Under the pieces are notes generated by a model. The model was not told the DNA's origin. It worked only from the letters and a program-made list of their open reading frames with translations, and did no database searches. From contig OY969931.1 in NCBI GenBank assembly GCA_963704705.1, positions 900,001-932,000 of the forward strand: a DNA stretch of 32,000 nt. The letters run 5' to 3'. This document shows, in pieces, positions 20,358-28,497 of this stretch. The DNA comes from an uncultured bacterium. Lineage in GTDB: Bacteria > Patescibacteriota > Gracilibacteria > UBA1369 > PNNO01. Every line of letters begins with the position of its first letter. Within the stretch, counting starts at the first letter, position 1. The position numbers were made by a program, and so were the translations under genes.

Positions 20358-21772
20358 TGTTTGCTTAAATATTTATCGTATTCCCATTTGGTTACGCATG
20401 TTTTGTAATCAAACCAGTCGCTTTTGTGGGCTGCGTATATTGAATTAAACGCGTGTTCTCCAAGCGCGGCTTTAATTACCTCGTCTTTTTCAAGTTCTTT
20501 TGTTGCTTCCCACAAGTTTTGAGGCAAAGTTTGAATATTTAGTTCTTTTGCCTTTGCATCATCAAGATGAAAGATATCTTCATTAACCTGAGCAGGCGGT
20601 TCAATCTCGTTTTCAATTCCATCTAAGCCCGCTGCTAACATTACAGCAAACGCAAGGTATGGATTGCAGCTTGGATCAGGATTGCGAAGCTCTGCTCTTG
20701 TGCCTTTTTCACGGCCCGGTGTGTAACGAGGAATTCTGATAAGCGCGCTTCGGTTTGTATTGCCCCATGCAATGTAAGTTGGAGCCTCGTAGCCCGGAAC
20801 CAAACGTTTATAAGAATTAACAATCGGGTTTAAAATAGCTGCCATTGCTTTAATGTGCTTTAGCTGGCCTCCGATAAACTGATGAGCAAGAGTTGAAAGC
20901 TTTGTTTCGCTTTCCGCATCAAAAAATGCATTATCGCCATCTTTAAATAATGATTGATGAACATGCATTCCGCTTCCGTTTTGGCCTGCGATTGGCTTTG
21001 GCATAAATGTTGCGTGCAATCCGTATTTTTGTGCGATTGCCTTAACAGTATATTTAAGAGTTGCAGCGTTATCAGCGGTTGTTAGGGCATCAGAGTAAGT
21101 AAAATTAATTTCATGCTGGCCCTCCGCAACCTCGTGATGAAGAGTTTCAACATCAATATCCAAATCAATTAATGCGTCTGTTATTTCTTTTCTGATTTCT
21201 TCAGCAAGGTCAGTTGATAAATCAAAATAACCGCCTTTATCGTGTGGTAAAGGTTTTATTTCGTCATCTTCCTTTTTGAATAAAAAGAATTCAAGTTCAG
21301 GACCGGTATAGTAAGTTAAACCCAGTTTTGCGGCTCTTTCCATTTGTTTTTTAAGGATGTATCTTGGATCACCTTCAAATGGAGTGCCGTCAGGTTTGTA
21401 TACATCGCATATAAAGCGTGCTGTTACCCTTCCGCGTTCTCTTGACCATGGAACAATAGCAAAGGTGCTTAAATCGAGCTTTAAGTACATGTCGCTTTCA
21501 AATATTCGTGTGAATCCTTCGATTGAAGAACCGTCAAACCAAACATTGCTGTCTATTGCGTCTTCAAGCTTTGTTACAGGCAGAGTAATTGATTTAATGG
21601 TGCCTGTAATATCTGAAAACTGACACTTAAAATAACCAACTTCCTCTTTTTTAACTATTTCGAGGATTCTTTCTTTAAGAAGTTTTGGATCGTCATGTGC
21701 GAGTTTTGAAAGTTTTAATCTTTCACCGGTGTATGTGCGTACTTTTATTTTTGGGAGTGTGGTTGGTTCCAT
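20354..21772 (-). CDS. glnA: Glutamine synthetase type I, 472 aa
   Basis: VWFDGSSIEGFTRIFESDMYL, EGQHEINF, NGSGMHVHQSLFKDG, RLVPGYEAPTYIAWGNTNRSALIRIPRY, RAELRNPDPSCNPYLAFAVMLAAGLDGI. Confidence 0.97.
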   Translation of the reverse strand: MEPTTLPKIKVRTYTGERLKLSKLAHDDPKLLKERILEIVKKEEVGYFKCQFSDITGTIKSITLPVTKLEDAIDSNVWFDGSSIEGFTRIFESDMYLKLDLSTFAIVPWSRERGRVTARFICDVYKPDGTPFEGDPRYILKKQMERAAKLGLTYYTGPELEFFLFKKEDDEIKPLPHDKGGYFDLSTDLAEEIRKEITDALIDLDIDVETLHHEVAEGQHEINFTYSDALTTADNAATLKYTVKAIAQKYGLHATFMPKPIAGQNGSGMHVHQSLFKDGDNAFFDAESETKLSTLAHQFIGGQLKHIKAMAAILNPIVNSYKRLVPGYEAPTYIAWGNTNRSALIRIPRYTPGREKGTRAELRNPDPSCNPYLAFAVMLAAGLDGIENEIEPPAQVNEDIFHLDDAKAKELNIQTLPQNLWEATKELEKDEVIKAALGEHAFNSIYAAHKSDWFDYKTCVTKWEYDKYLSKH

Positions 21773-21913
21773 CAGACAGGGATTAAGAATAAAACATCTT
21801 TTAATTTATTTGGATTTGGATAGATTGCAATAGCAAGTTTAAGGGCTGAAACAAGCTGTCGGAACAACTTTATACTCCCCTTTTTGTTTATCTTTTCATG
21901 AATAAAAAAACAT

Positions 21914-21926
21914 GTTAAACTTTAAC
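21914..21926. promoter_or_regulatory. Candidate operator-like inverted repeat GTTAAA-C-TTTAAC
   Basis: Perfect 6-bp arms around one centre base in the divergent glnA / TrmB-regulator intergenic region. Confidence 0.35.
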
Positions 21927-21964
21927 TGTCGAAATTTTCTACAACAAATATTAACTTGACCCGC

Positions 21965-22696
21965 ATGCTGTTAGATGTCTTAAAAAATCTTGGTCTCAAT
22001 GACAAAGAAGCAAAAGTTTACCTTGCCACCCTTGAACTCGGATCATCCCCTGTTTCAGACATATCAAAAAAGGCGAAAATCAATCGTGTAACAACTTACG
22101 ACATACTCGAAAAGCTTATACAAAAGGGCTTTATTAATTATCTTACAAAAAATAAAATAAAATATTTTGACGCAGTAAAACCTGACACAATTTACAAAAT
22201 ATCCAAGCAAAAAACCGATGAACTTCGAAGCGCATTACCCGAATTAAAAAGACTCCACGGCGAAACAGCACATCCGCGCATCAGATATTTTGAAGGATTA
22301 AACGGAATCAAAGCAATTTACCAGGACACTCTAACCGCAAAAACCGAAATATTAAACTATGCGAATTCCGCGGAAATAAGAACCCACTGGCCCGAATACG
22401 ACAAAGAATACGTTGAAAAGCGCGCTGCAAAAGGCATCTTTTTAAAAGGAATCGCTCCCCTGGACGAAGCCGGATTAAAGGTTAAATCCGAAAACGAAAA
22501 ATACAACAGAAACATTCGCTTGATACCGAGGAATAAGTACGGCTTTAGTAACGAAATCAACATTTACGACAACAAAGTCTCAATAATTTCATTCAACGAA
22601 GGCCTGATCGGCATGATAATCGAAAGCAGCGAAATCGCAGAAACGCAAAGGGTAATATTTAAAATGGTGTGGGAGTTTGCGGGGCAGTTTAAGTAG
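21965..22696 (+). CDS. TrmB-family transcriptional regulator
   Basis: LLDVLKNLGLNDKEAKVYLATLELGSSPVSDISKKAKINRVTTYDILEKLIQKGFI wHTH plus the TrmB-like sensor half. ATG at 21965 preferred over the TTG at 21956 in the track. Confidence 0.85.
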   Translation: MLLDVLKNLGLNDKEAKVYLATLELGSSPVSDISKKAKINRVTTYDILEKLIQKGFINYLTKNKIKYFDAVKPDTIYKISKQKTDELRSALPELKRLHGETAHPRIRYFEGLNGIKAIYQDTLTAKTEILNYANSAEIRTHWPEYDKEYVEKRAAKGIFLKGIAPLDEAGLKVKSENEKYNRNIRLIPRNKYGFSNEINIYDNKVSIISFNEGLIGMIIESSEIAETQRVIFKMVWEFAGQFK

Positions 22697-22702
22697 GGAC
22701 AA

Positions 22703-23038
22703 TTAGAAATAAAACGGCAAAGCAATTAAAACACCTATTATCTCAATTACTAATGAAGCAAAAATTAGAGTTTTTTTATTATTTTCAATTAATCCAACAA
22801 TGCTTAATATTAAAATTGTTACAGGGAGGATCCAAAATCCGATAATCCAGGATACAAATATAGGAATTGAAGTTAATAAAGAAAAAAATATGTTTATAAA
22901 TCCATTACTTATATTACTTAAAAATTTTAATTTATCTATTACCAGTAAAGGTATTAAAAATCTTACAGAAATTATAAATATCAAAAACAATAATGATAAA
23001 AAGAATGATATTTGCCCGTAAATTTGTTTCTTTTTCAA
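22703..23038 (-). CDS. Small integral membrane protein, 111 aa, unknown function
   Basis: Several strongly hydrophobic helices; no recognised family. Confidence 0.6.
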   Translation of the reverse strand: MKKKQIYGQISFFLSLLFLIFIISVRFLIPLLVIDKLKFLSNISNGFINIFFSLLTSIPIFVSWIIGFWILPVTILILSIVGLIENNKKTLIFASLVIEIIGVLIALPFYF

Positions 23039-23070
23039 ATTAATTTCTATTTAGACAAAATAAAAAATTA

Positions 23071-23424
23071 TTAAACTTCTATTTCCCTCCAAACCAATTC
23101 AATTGCATTGAAATAATCCTTTGTAAATTCAGCAGCTTTCTCAACAGAAAAAGGTTTGCAAGTATAACAATCAACAGTAAACAAAGGTGGGTTTGTGGGA
23201 TAAGAATAAAAAGTTGCACCTGAAGATTTCCAGTGGATCCAACCACCATAACCCATATCATGAGCGCTATATGCATGTGGTTCAGAGAGTTTATCCATAT
23301 TACAAACATTTGCCAGTTCATTTAGATACTCTTTTATCTTTTCTGGTTCAACTATCTTGTCAGTGGTTCCTTCAATTATTACTCTTTGACGTACAAGATC
23401 TGGAGCAAGATTTTTCCATTCCAT
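23071..23424 (-). CDS. S-adenosylmethionine decarboxylase (SpeD)-like small pyruvoyl-enzyme family protein, 117 aa
   Basis: HWKSSGATFYSYPTNPPLFTVDCYTCKPFSVEKAAEFTKDYF aligns by eye with the SpeD signature [23 protein letters not shown]...AFEHLKKAL; N-terminus LVRQRVIIEG resembles the SpeD first strand. Confidence 0.6.
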   Translation of the reverse strand: MEWKNLAPDLVRQRVIIEGTTDKIVEPEKIKEYLNELANVCNMDKLSEPHAYSAHDMGYGGWIHWKSSGATFYSYPTNPPLFTVDCYTCKPFSVEKAAEFTKDYFNAIELVWREIEV

Positions 23425-23481
23425 AGAATTAAGTTATAAGTTAATTGTTCGTATGCATGCCCTACTTTCAAAATCAAATCC

Positions 23482-23727
23482 TTATTTATTTACTTTACCC
23501 TTTGAAGCATAATCACAAGCATACATACCGATATGTTCAGAAATAGCTGATTCTCCTGGTTTAACTTTCTCATAGGTTCCTTGCTTAATAATTATACAAT
23601 ATAAATCTTCAAGATAAGAAAAACCACTTTCCGATCGTGGTATAAACGGTTTAAGATCGATCAAAATTAATATGAATACGATGATAAAAATAATTTTTAC
23701 GATCAAATTTTTTCTTGAAGATTTCAT
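23482..23727 (-). CDS. Small single-TM protein, 81 aa, unknown function
   Basis: N-terminal hydrophobic anchor IVKIIFIIVFILILIDLKPF followed by a polar domain with two cysteines. Confidence 0.5.
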   Translation of the reverse strand: MKSSRKNLIVKIIFIIVFILILIDLKPFIPRSESGFSYLEDLYCIIIKQGTYEKVKPGESAISEHIGMYACDYASKGKVNK

Positions 23728-23776
23728 ATGAATTTTTTATAAGTATGGCTCACCTCCAAAACCCTCAATACTTATC

Positions 23777-24046
23777 CTAAGCTGATTTTAATTGAAATAA
23801 CTTAACAATTCCAGAAATTATTGAGAGCAGGACAAACCATGCCAGGGTCCAGATCAAAAAATCGATTATTAATCCAATATAAATAACTTCCGGACTTACA
23901 GGAGCCATGCTTACCGTGCTTAGTTTATAAAAATAGAATGGAAAGCCTCTGAGCATAGATTCAAATCCGTCTCTAATATAAAAATACGTCAGGAATGTGG
24001 TTATTAATCCCAATACGGGGCTGGCTATAAAAATTAATTTCTTCAT
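23777..24046 (-). CDS. Small membrane protein, 89 aa, unknown function
   Basis: Two or three hydrophobic segments; no recognised family. Confidence 0.5.
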   Translation of the reverse strand: MKKLIFIASPVLGLITTFLTYFYIRDGFESMLRGFPFYFYKLSTVSMAPVSPEVIYIGLIIDFLIWTLAWFVLLSIISGIVKLFQLKSA

Positions 24047-24063
24047 GCAAATAGAGTTAAAGT

Positions 24064-24264
24064 TTAAATTTGTGCAATTATTTCAATTCTCAAATAAATA
24101 TCTATCCTTTCTTGGTTTTGATAAATCAAATGATATTTATCATTTTTACCGCTTAGGCCAAGTTCCTTTGCGGATATAACTTTATATCCTTTTTCACGAA
24201 TAAATTCAATTAAATCCTCTTCTATATTTTCATCTGCATAAAATTTACACCTTCCAAATTTCAT
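24064..24264 (-). pseudogene. Truncated DUF5615-type PIN-like (Mut7-C-like) protein, 66 aa
   Basis: FYADENIEEDLIEFIREKGYKVISAKELGLSGKNDKYHL matches the N-terminal DEN...R..GHDV...DLGL.G..D motif, but the usual C-terminal T(R/N)DxDF segment is absent. Confidence 0.45.
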
Positions 24265-24297
24265 AATTAATATTTACAATTTCAGCTAACTTACATT

Positions 24298-25737
24298 CTA
24301 CCTCCCCTCCTCATACTTCGCCCCCACCTTCAATATCAAATCCTCACTAAACTGCGGCCCTATAATTTGCATGCCTATCGGCAAACCTTTTTCGGCAGTA
24401 ACACCGCATGGCACATTCAATGCCGGCACTCCCGCTATATTAACCGGAACAGTGAATGCGTCCGCAAGGTACATTTGTAAGGGGTCGTCGGATTTTTCGC
24501 CGATTTTAAATGGAGGGAATGGTGAAGTCGGCCCGATCAATACATCAACGCGATTAAATAATTCATTCATTTCATTGATAATAAGCGTTCGCACTTTCTG
24601 CGCTTTTTTGTAGTAGGCGTCATAATAACCGGCGCTAAGCACGTAGGTTCCCATCATTATCCTTCTTTTAATTTCGTCTCCGAATCCTTCGCCTCTGCTG
24701 TTAAAATAATATTCAATCAAGTCTTCACCTTCTTTTTCAGGTTTTGTTCCGAAGCGAATAGAATCAAACCTCGCAAGGTTTGCGCTTAGTTCGGCAGGCA
24801 TAACAATATAATAAACCGCGATTGCGTATTTTATTGATGGAAAGCTTACTTCAACAACTTGCGCTCCTTTTGATTCCAGTACTTTAATTGCGTTTTTTAC
24901 GCTGTCGCTCACTTCAGGGTCTACATTTTTATCAAAAAATTCTTTTGGCACACCTATTTTTAATCCTTTTATATCACCTTCAATCAGTTTTGAGTATTCA
25001 GGCACTTCTTTTGGTGGAGTTGTTGAGTCCAGAGGGTCGGTTCCTGCTATTTTTTCCAATACAAATGCTGCGTCTTTAACATTTTTTGCAAAAGGACCGA
25101 TTGTATCGAGTGAAGATGCCATTGCTGTTACTCCGCTGCGCGAAACACGGCCGTATGTAACCTTAAGTCCAACCACTCCGCAAAACGATGCAGGCTGTCT
25201 TATTGAGCCTCCGGTGTCGGTTCCGATTGAAAATAGCGCACTGTTTGTTGCAACCGCAACTGCGCTGCCGCCGGAAGAGCCTCCCGGAACATATTCCGGG
25301 TCAACAGGGTTTTTAGTAGGGCCAAAATAACTGTATTCGGTTGATGCTCCGCACGCGAATTCATCCAGATTTGCCTTTCCAATCATTACTGCGCCCGCTT
25401 CTTTAAGTTTTCTAACAGCGGTTGCGTCGTATGGCGGAACAAAATCTTTAAGCATTTTAGATGCGCATGTTGTTTTAACTCCTTTTGTATTTAATAAATC
25501 TTTAATCGCGCATGGAATTCCTTCCAAAACTCCGATCTCAGTGCCTTTTGAAATTTTTTCATCAACTTTAGCTGCCACATTAAGGGCTTCTTCTTCGGTT
25601 AATGTAATTAAAAAATTAAGCTTTCTGTTTTCAGCTTTTGCATGATCCAAATGAGCCTGTGTAAGTTCTGCGCACGAAAACTCTTTATTTTTTAAACCGT
25701 TATGTGCGCTCTCAATTGTTAATTTCGATAAATCCAT
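24298..25737 (-). CDS. gatA: Aspartyl/glutamyl-tRNA amidotransferase subunit A, 479 aa
   Basis: Amidase signature: GIPCAIKDLLNTKG, VPGGSSGGSAVAVATNSALFSIGTDTGGSIRQPASFCGVVGLKVTYGRVSRSG; C-terminal NIAGVPALNVPCG. Confidence 0.97.
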   Translation of the reverse strand: MDLSKLTIESAHNGLKNKEFSCAELTQAHLDHAKAENRKLNFLITLTEEEALNVAAKVDEKISKGTEIGVLEGIPCAIKDLLNTKGVKTTCASKMLKDFVPPYDATAVRKLKEAGAVMIGKANLDEFACGASTEYSYFGPTKNPVDPEYVPGGSSGGSAVAVATNSALFSIGTDTGGSIRQPASFCGVVGLKVTYGRVSRSGVTAMASSLDTIGPFAKNVKDAAFVLEKIAGTDPLDSTTPPKEVPEYSKLIEGDIKGLKIGVPKEFFDKNVDPEVSDSVKNAIKVLESKGAQVVEVSFPSIKYAIAVYYIVMPAELSANLARFDSIRFGTKPEKEGEDLIEYYFNSRGEGFGDEIKRRIMMGTYVLSAGYYDAYYKKAQKVRTLIINEMNELFNRVDVLIGPTSPFPPFKIGEKSDDPLQMYLADAFTVPVNIAGVPALNVPCGVTAEKGLPIGMQIIGPQFSEDLILKVGAKYEEGR

Positions 25738-25739
25738 AA

Positions 25740-26027
25740 TTACTTTTTAATAGCGGGTTTAACACGAATCTGGTGCCTTTCTTTAGGCAAAGGCGAACAT
25801 TCCAAAAGATCATCTCCCGAACACTTTTTCTCAACTTCATCTGACTGCGAAACATTGGTTAAACCAGTAACCTGAGAGGTTTCAGCCACATCTGATGTAT
25901 CGGCTTCTTCAAGAATCTTTGCATAATCAAGTACATCGCCCAGCTGACCCGCAAACTTTTTAACCTGTGACTCGGTTAGTTCAAGTCTTGCTAGTTTTGC
26001 AACATATTTTACCTGATCTTCTGAAAT
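25740..26027 (-). CDS. gatC: Aspartyl/glutamyl-tRNA amidotransferase subunit C
   Basis: MISEDQVKYVAKLARLELTESQVKKFAGQLGDVLDYAKILEEADTSDV... is typical GatC. Start trimmed to this ATG; the track's upstream 27 aa do not look coding. Confidence 0.92.
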   Translation of the reverse strand: MSEDQVKYVAKLARLELTESQVKKFAGQLGDVLDYAKILEEADTSDVAETSQVTGLTNVSQSDEVEKKCSGDDLLECSPLPKERHQIRVKPAIKK

Positions 26028-26084
26028 CATATCTTTATTATTAATCGTGAGTTTAGTATAATGGCGCTGGTCTAAAGATACAAT

Positions 26085-26390
26085 ATGCAAATAGATAAAA
26101 ATATTCAAAAAATAGCTTTGGTTTTCTTTTTCATCCTCGGATCTTTACATATATTGGCACATCTGATGCTGATTAATGAATATATGCCTGAAATTGCTTA
26201 TCCTGCAAAGAAAATACTTGAAATACCGTTTATTCTGACAGCTTTAACATACGGCTTTATAAGCTTTAAAATAAGTCTGGTTACTACAGAAAAAAAACAC
26301 ACAATCACAAATATAGTATTTGCTATTTTAATTATTGCTGTTTTTGGTATACTCATTTACCTCAACTTATTTATACCTGACAGAATATAA
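26085..26390 (+). CDS. Small multi-TM protein, 101 aa, unknown function
   Basis: Three hydrophobic helices (IALVFFFILGSLHILAHLM; ILEIPFILTALTYGFISF; NIVFAILIIAVFGILIYLNLF). Confidence 0.55.
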   Translation: MQIDKNIQKIALVFFFILGSLHILAHLMLINEYMPEIAYPAKKILEIPFILTALTYGFISFKISLVTTEKKHTITNIVFAILIIAVFGILIYLNLFIPDRI

Positions 26391-26398
26391 ATGTATTC

Positions 26399-26475
26399 GC
26401 CCCGCTTAGCGGGGCTCATGCTACGCTCGCGATCGTTCTATTCGCTCGCGAGACACTCGTTAACACTCGTGTCTG
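26399..26475. repeat. Dense GC-rich inverted/direct repeat block between a small membrane ORF and the FAD synthetase-like gene
   Basis: GCCCCGC-TTA-GCGGGGC (26399-26415); CTCGCGA (26426-26432) with TCGCGAG (26446-26452); AGACAC (26451-26456) with GTGTCT (26469-26474); direct repeats CGCTCGCGA x2 and ACACTCGT x2. Confidence 0.8.
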
Positions 26476-26922
26476 ATGGAAAATAATGAAGCTCCGGAAA
26501 AAATAGTAATGGCATTTGGAACATTTGATGTTTTTCATGCCGGACACGAACATTTTTTGAATCAGGCAAAAGAGCTTGGAGATTTTTTAATAGTTGTTGT
26601 TGCGCGTGATACTACAGTCAAAAACGTTAAAGGAGAGTATCCCGAACAACACGAAAGAGAGCGTCTTCATAATGTAAAAGAAAGCGGAATTGCCGATAAA
26701 GTTGTTCACGGTTATAATGATGATAAATATCGGGTTATTAAAAAATATAAACCCAATGTAATTGCACTCGGATACGATCAATTTGTATTTACGTACCAAT
26801 TGAATAAAATACTAATAGATGAACACATGAATACCGAGATTATAAGACTAAATTCATACAGACCTGATATTTATAAATCAACTCTAATTAAGATCAACAA
26901 TGCCCAAGAAGACCAAGGCTAA
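26476..26922 (+). CDS. Archaeal RibL-like FAD synthetase / cytidylyltransferase-superfamily protein, 148 aa
   Basis: MAFGTFDVFHAGHEHFLNQAKELGDFLIVVVARDTTVKNVKGEYP... KPNVIALGYDQ ... IIRLNSYRPDIYKSTLI resembles Methanocaldococcus RibL (GTFDILHPGH...LIVIVARDETVKKIKG...KPDIIVLGPDQ). Confidence 0.7.
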   Translation: MENNEAPEKIVMAFGTFDVFHAGHEHFLNQAKELGDFLIVVVARDTTVKNVKGEYPEQHERERLHNVKESGIADKVVHGYNDDKYRVIKKYKPNVIALGYDQFVFTYQLNKILIDEHMNTEIIRLNSYRPDIYKSTLIKINNAQEDQG

Positions 26923-27877
26923 AAAGGCAGCACCAAAAGACAACACTAAAGCTGAATTCTACGAGTCTTTTTTAAGAGCATTGCATTTTAGTTTTTCAAA
27001 TATATGGAGAAATAAATTTATAAGCCTTGCGACAATTGTTGTTATGGCGATTTTGATTTTCATTTTCAATATAATGCTTGGAATTAATATGGTAACTCAG
27101 CAGGCATTAAGTGATCTTACAAAAAAAGTTGATATAATTGTTTATTTAAAAGAAGATGTTGAATACTATCAGGTACAGCAAATGATCAACGAATTAAAAG
27201 GTTTAAAAGGTATTGTTGATGTTCAATATACTTCAAAAACAGACGCACTTGATTTTGTTTCAAAAACTTATCCTCAAACAGCTGAAATTCTCGACAGATA
27301 TACAATCCCAAATCCCCTTCCGGCTAGTTTAAGCATAAGAACAGAAAAACCTGAACTCCATATAATGGTTCAGCAGTTCTTAAATCAGGAAAAATATCGA
27401 CATTTACTTGCAAATGTTGCAGGTGATAACGAAGAAAAAAATCTTGCCATGGAATCAGTAAGTAAAAACTTAATAACTTTATCGAATACGACTAATCAAA
27501 TCTCTTTTTGGATACTTGCAGTGTTTATTTTAGGATCTGTTTTAATTATTTCAAACTCGATTCAATTAACGATTTATAACAGACAGCGCGAAATTTATAT
27601 TATGCGTTTGGTTGGCGCAACAAAGCACTATATCAGATTGCCTTTTTTGATTGAAGGTTTATTTTACGGAATTATTTCAATGCTTTTGGGAAGTGTTTTA
27701 ATAGCGATAGTTTATTTTCAAATACTATCCGTTAATATTAATATAACTGATTATATTCAAAATATTCCTTTTGTTAGCTTATTCTTTAGTGAGCTTGGCG
27801 CAATTGCTGTTCTTGGAATTTTATGCAGTTTTATAGCGGTTTACAGGTATCTTCGAACTAAATTAATTTTAGATTGA
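26900..27877 (+). CDS. ftsX: Cell division protein FtsX, 325 aa
   Basis: N-terminal TM, VDIIVYLKEDVEYYQVQQMINELKGLKGIVDVQYTSKTDAL extracellular domain, IYNRQREIYIMRLVGATKHYIRLPFLIEGLFYG permease core. Confidence 0.93.
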   Translation: MPKKTKAKKAAPKDNTKAEFYESFLRALHFSFSNIWRNKFISLATIVVMAILIFIFNIMLGINMVTQQALSDLTKKVDIIVYLKEDVEYYQVQQMINELKGLKGIVDVQYTSKTDALDFVSKTYPQTAEILDRYTIPNPLPASLSIRTEKPELHIMVQQFLNQEKYRHLLANVAGDNEEKNLAMESVSKNLITLSNTTNQISFWILAVFILGSVLIISNSIQLTIYNRQREIYIMRLVGATKHYIRLPFLIEGLFYGIISMLLGSVLIAIVYFQILSVNINITDYIQNIPFVSLFFSELGAIAVLGILCSFIAVYRYLRTKLILD

Positions 27878-27879
27878 TC

Positions 27880-28497
27880 ATGCGAAGCCAAAAGATTAAA
27901 GGGATCATTATAAGCAAAAGATCCTTTGGTGAAAAAGATTACTCATTAACTATTTTAACGCCTGATTCAGGTAAAATTTTTGCAACTGTAAAAGGCGCGC
28001 GTGAAATAAAAAGCAAGTTTACAGGCCATGTTGATTTAATGAATGTCTGCGATTTTGAATTGTATGTGGGACCCAATTATACATATGTAAGCGAATGCCA
28101 GATCAATAAAAATTTTTCAAGCTTCAGTGATGATTTAAAAAAATTCTATTACGCTTCACTTGTTTCAAAAATATTAAATCGCTACACCACTGAAAATGAG
28201 ATCTCACATGAAATTTATGAACTTGCTTTAGACACATTTTTTTCAATTGAAAAATATAATAAAGAAGAATTGATTTATGAAGGTTTTAAAATCAAAGCCT
28301 GCCAAATACTCGGCTTAATGCCTGATATAAACGGAATAGAAAACATTGAACTGGAACATTTGAATCAAAATATCAAAGATATTATTTATTTTATGCACAC
28401 AAATAATTACGAAGAAATAAATAATCTCAAAGTTGATAAAAGTAATCTGGAAAAACTAAAACAAACAACTCAAAAAATGCTTGAACATACTTTTTAA
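27880..28497 (+). CDS. recO: DNA repair protein RecO, about 205 aa
   Basis: SQKIKGIIISKRSFGEKDYSLTILTPDSGKIFATVKGAREIKSKFTGHVDLMNVCDFELY is the RecO OB domain. ATG at 27880 preferred over the TTG at 27874. Confidence 0.88.
   Translation: MRSQKIKGIIISKRSFGEKDYSLTILTPDSGKIFATVKGAREIKSKFTGHVDLMNVCDFELYVGPNYTYVSECQINKNFSSFSDDLKKFYYASLVSKILNRYTTENEISHEIYELALDTFFSIEKYNKEELIYEGFKIKACQILGLMPDINGIENIELEHLNQNIKDIIYFMHTNNYEEINNLKVDKSNLEKLKQTTQKMLEHTF

Noticed and set aside
26028-26108. N-terminal extension of GatC in the ORF track (MNIFIYLHIVSLDQRHYTKLTINNKD)
   Set aside because: GatC homology begins at MISEDQVKYVAKLARLELTE; the extension would also overlap the divergent 26085 ORF.
27860-27880. Possible alternative genetic code (UGA as Gly, as in Gracilibacteria/Absconditabacteria)
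   Set aside because: ftsX ends at its expected C-terminus with TGA (tta gat tga) and recO starts immediately after; all major ORFs have normal full lengths with TGA treated as stop.
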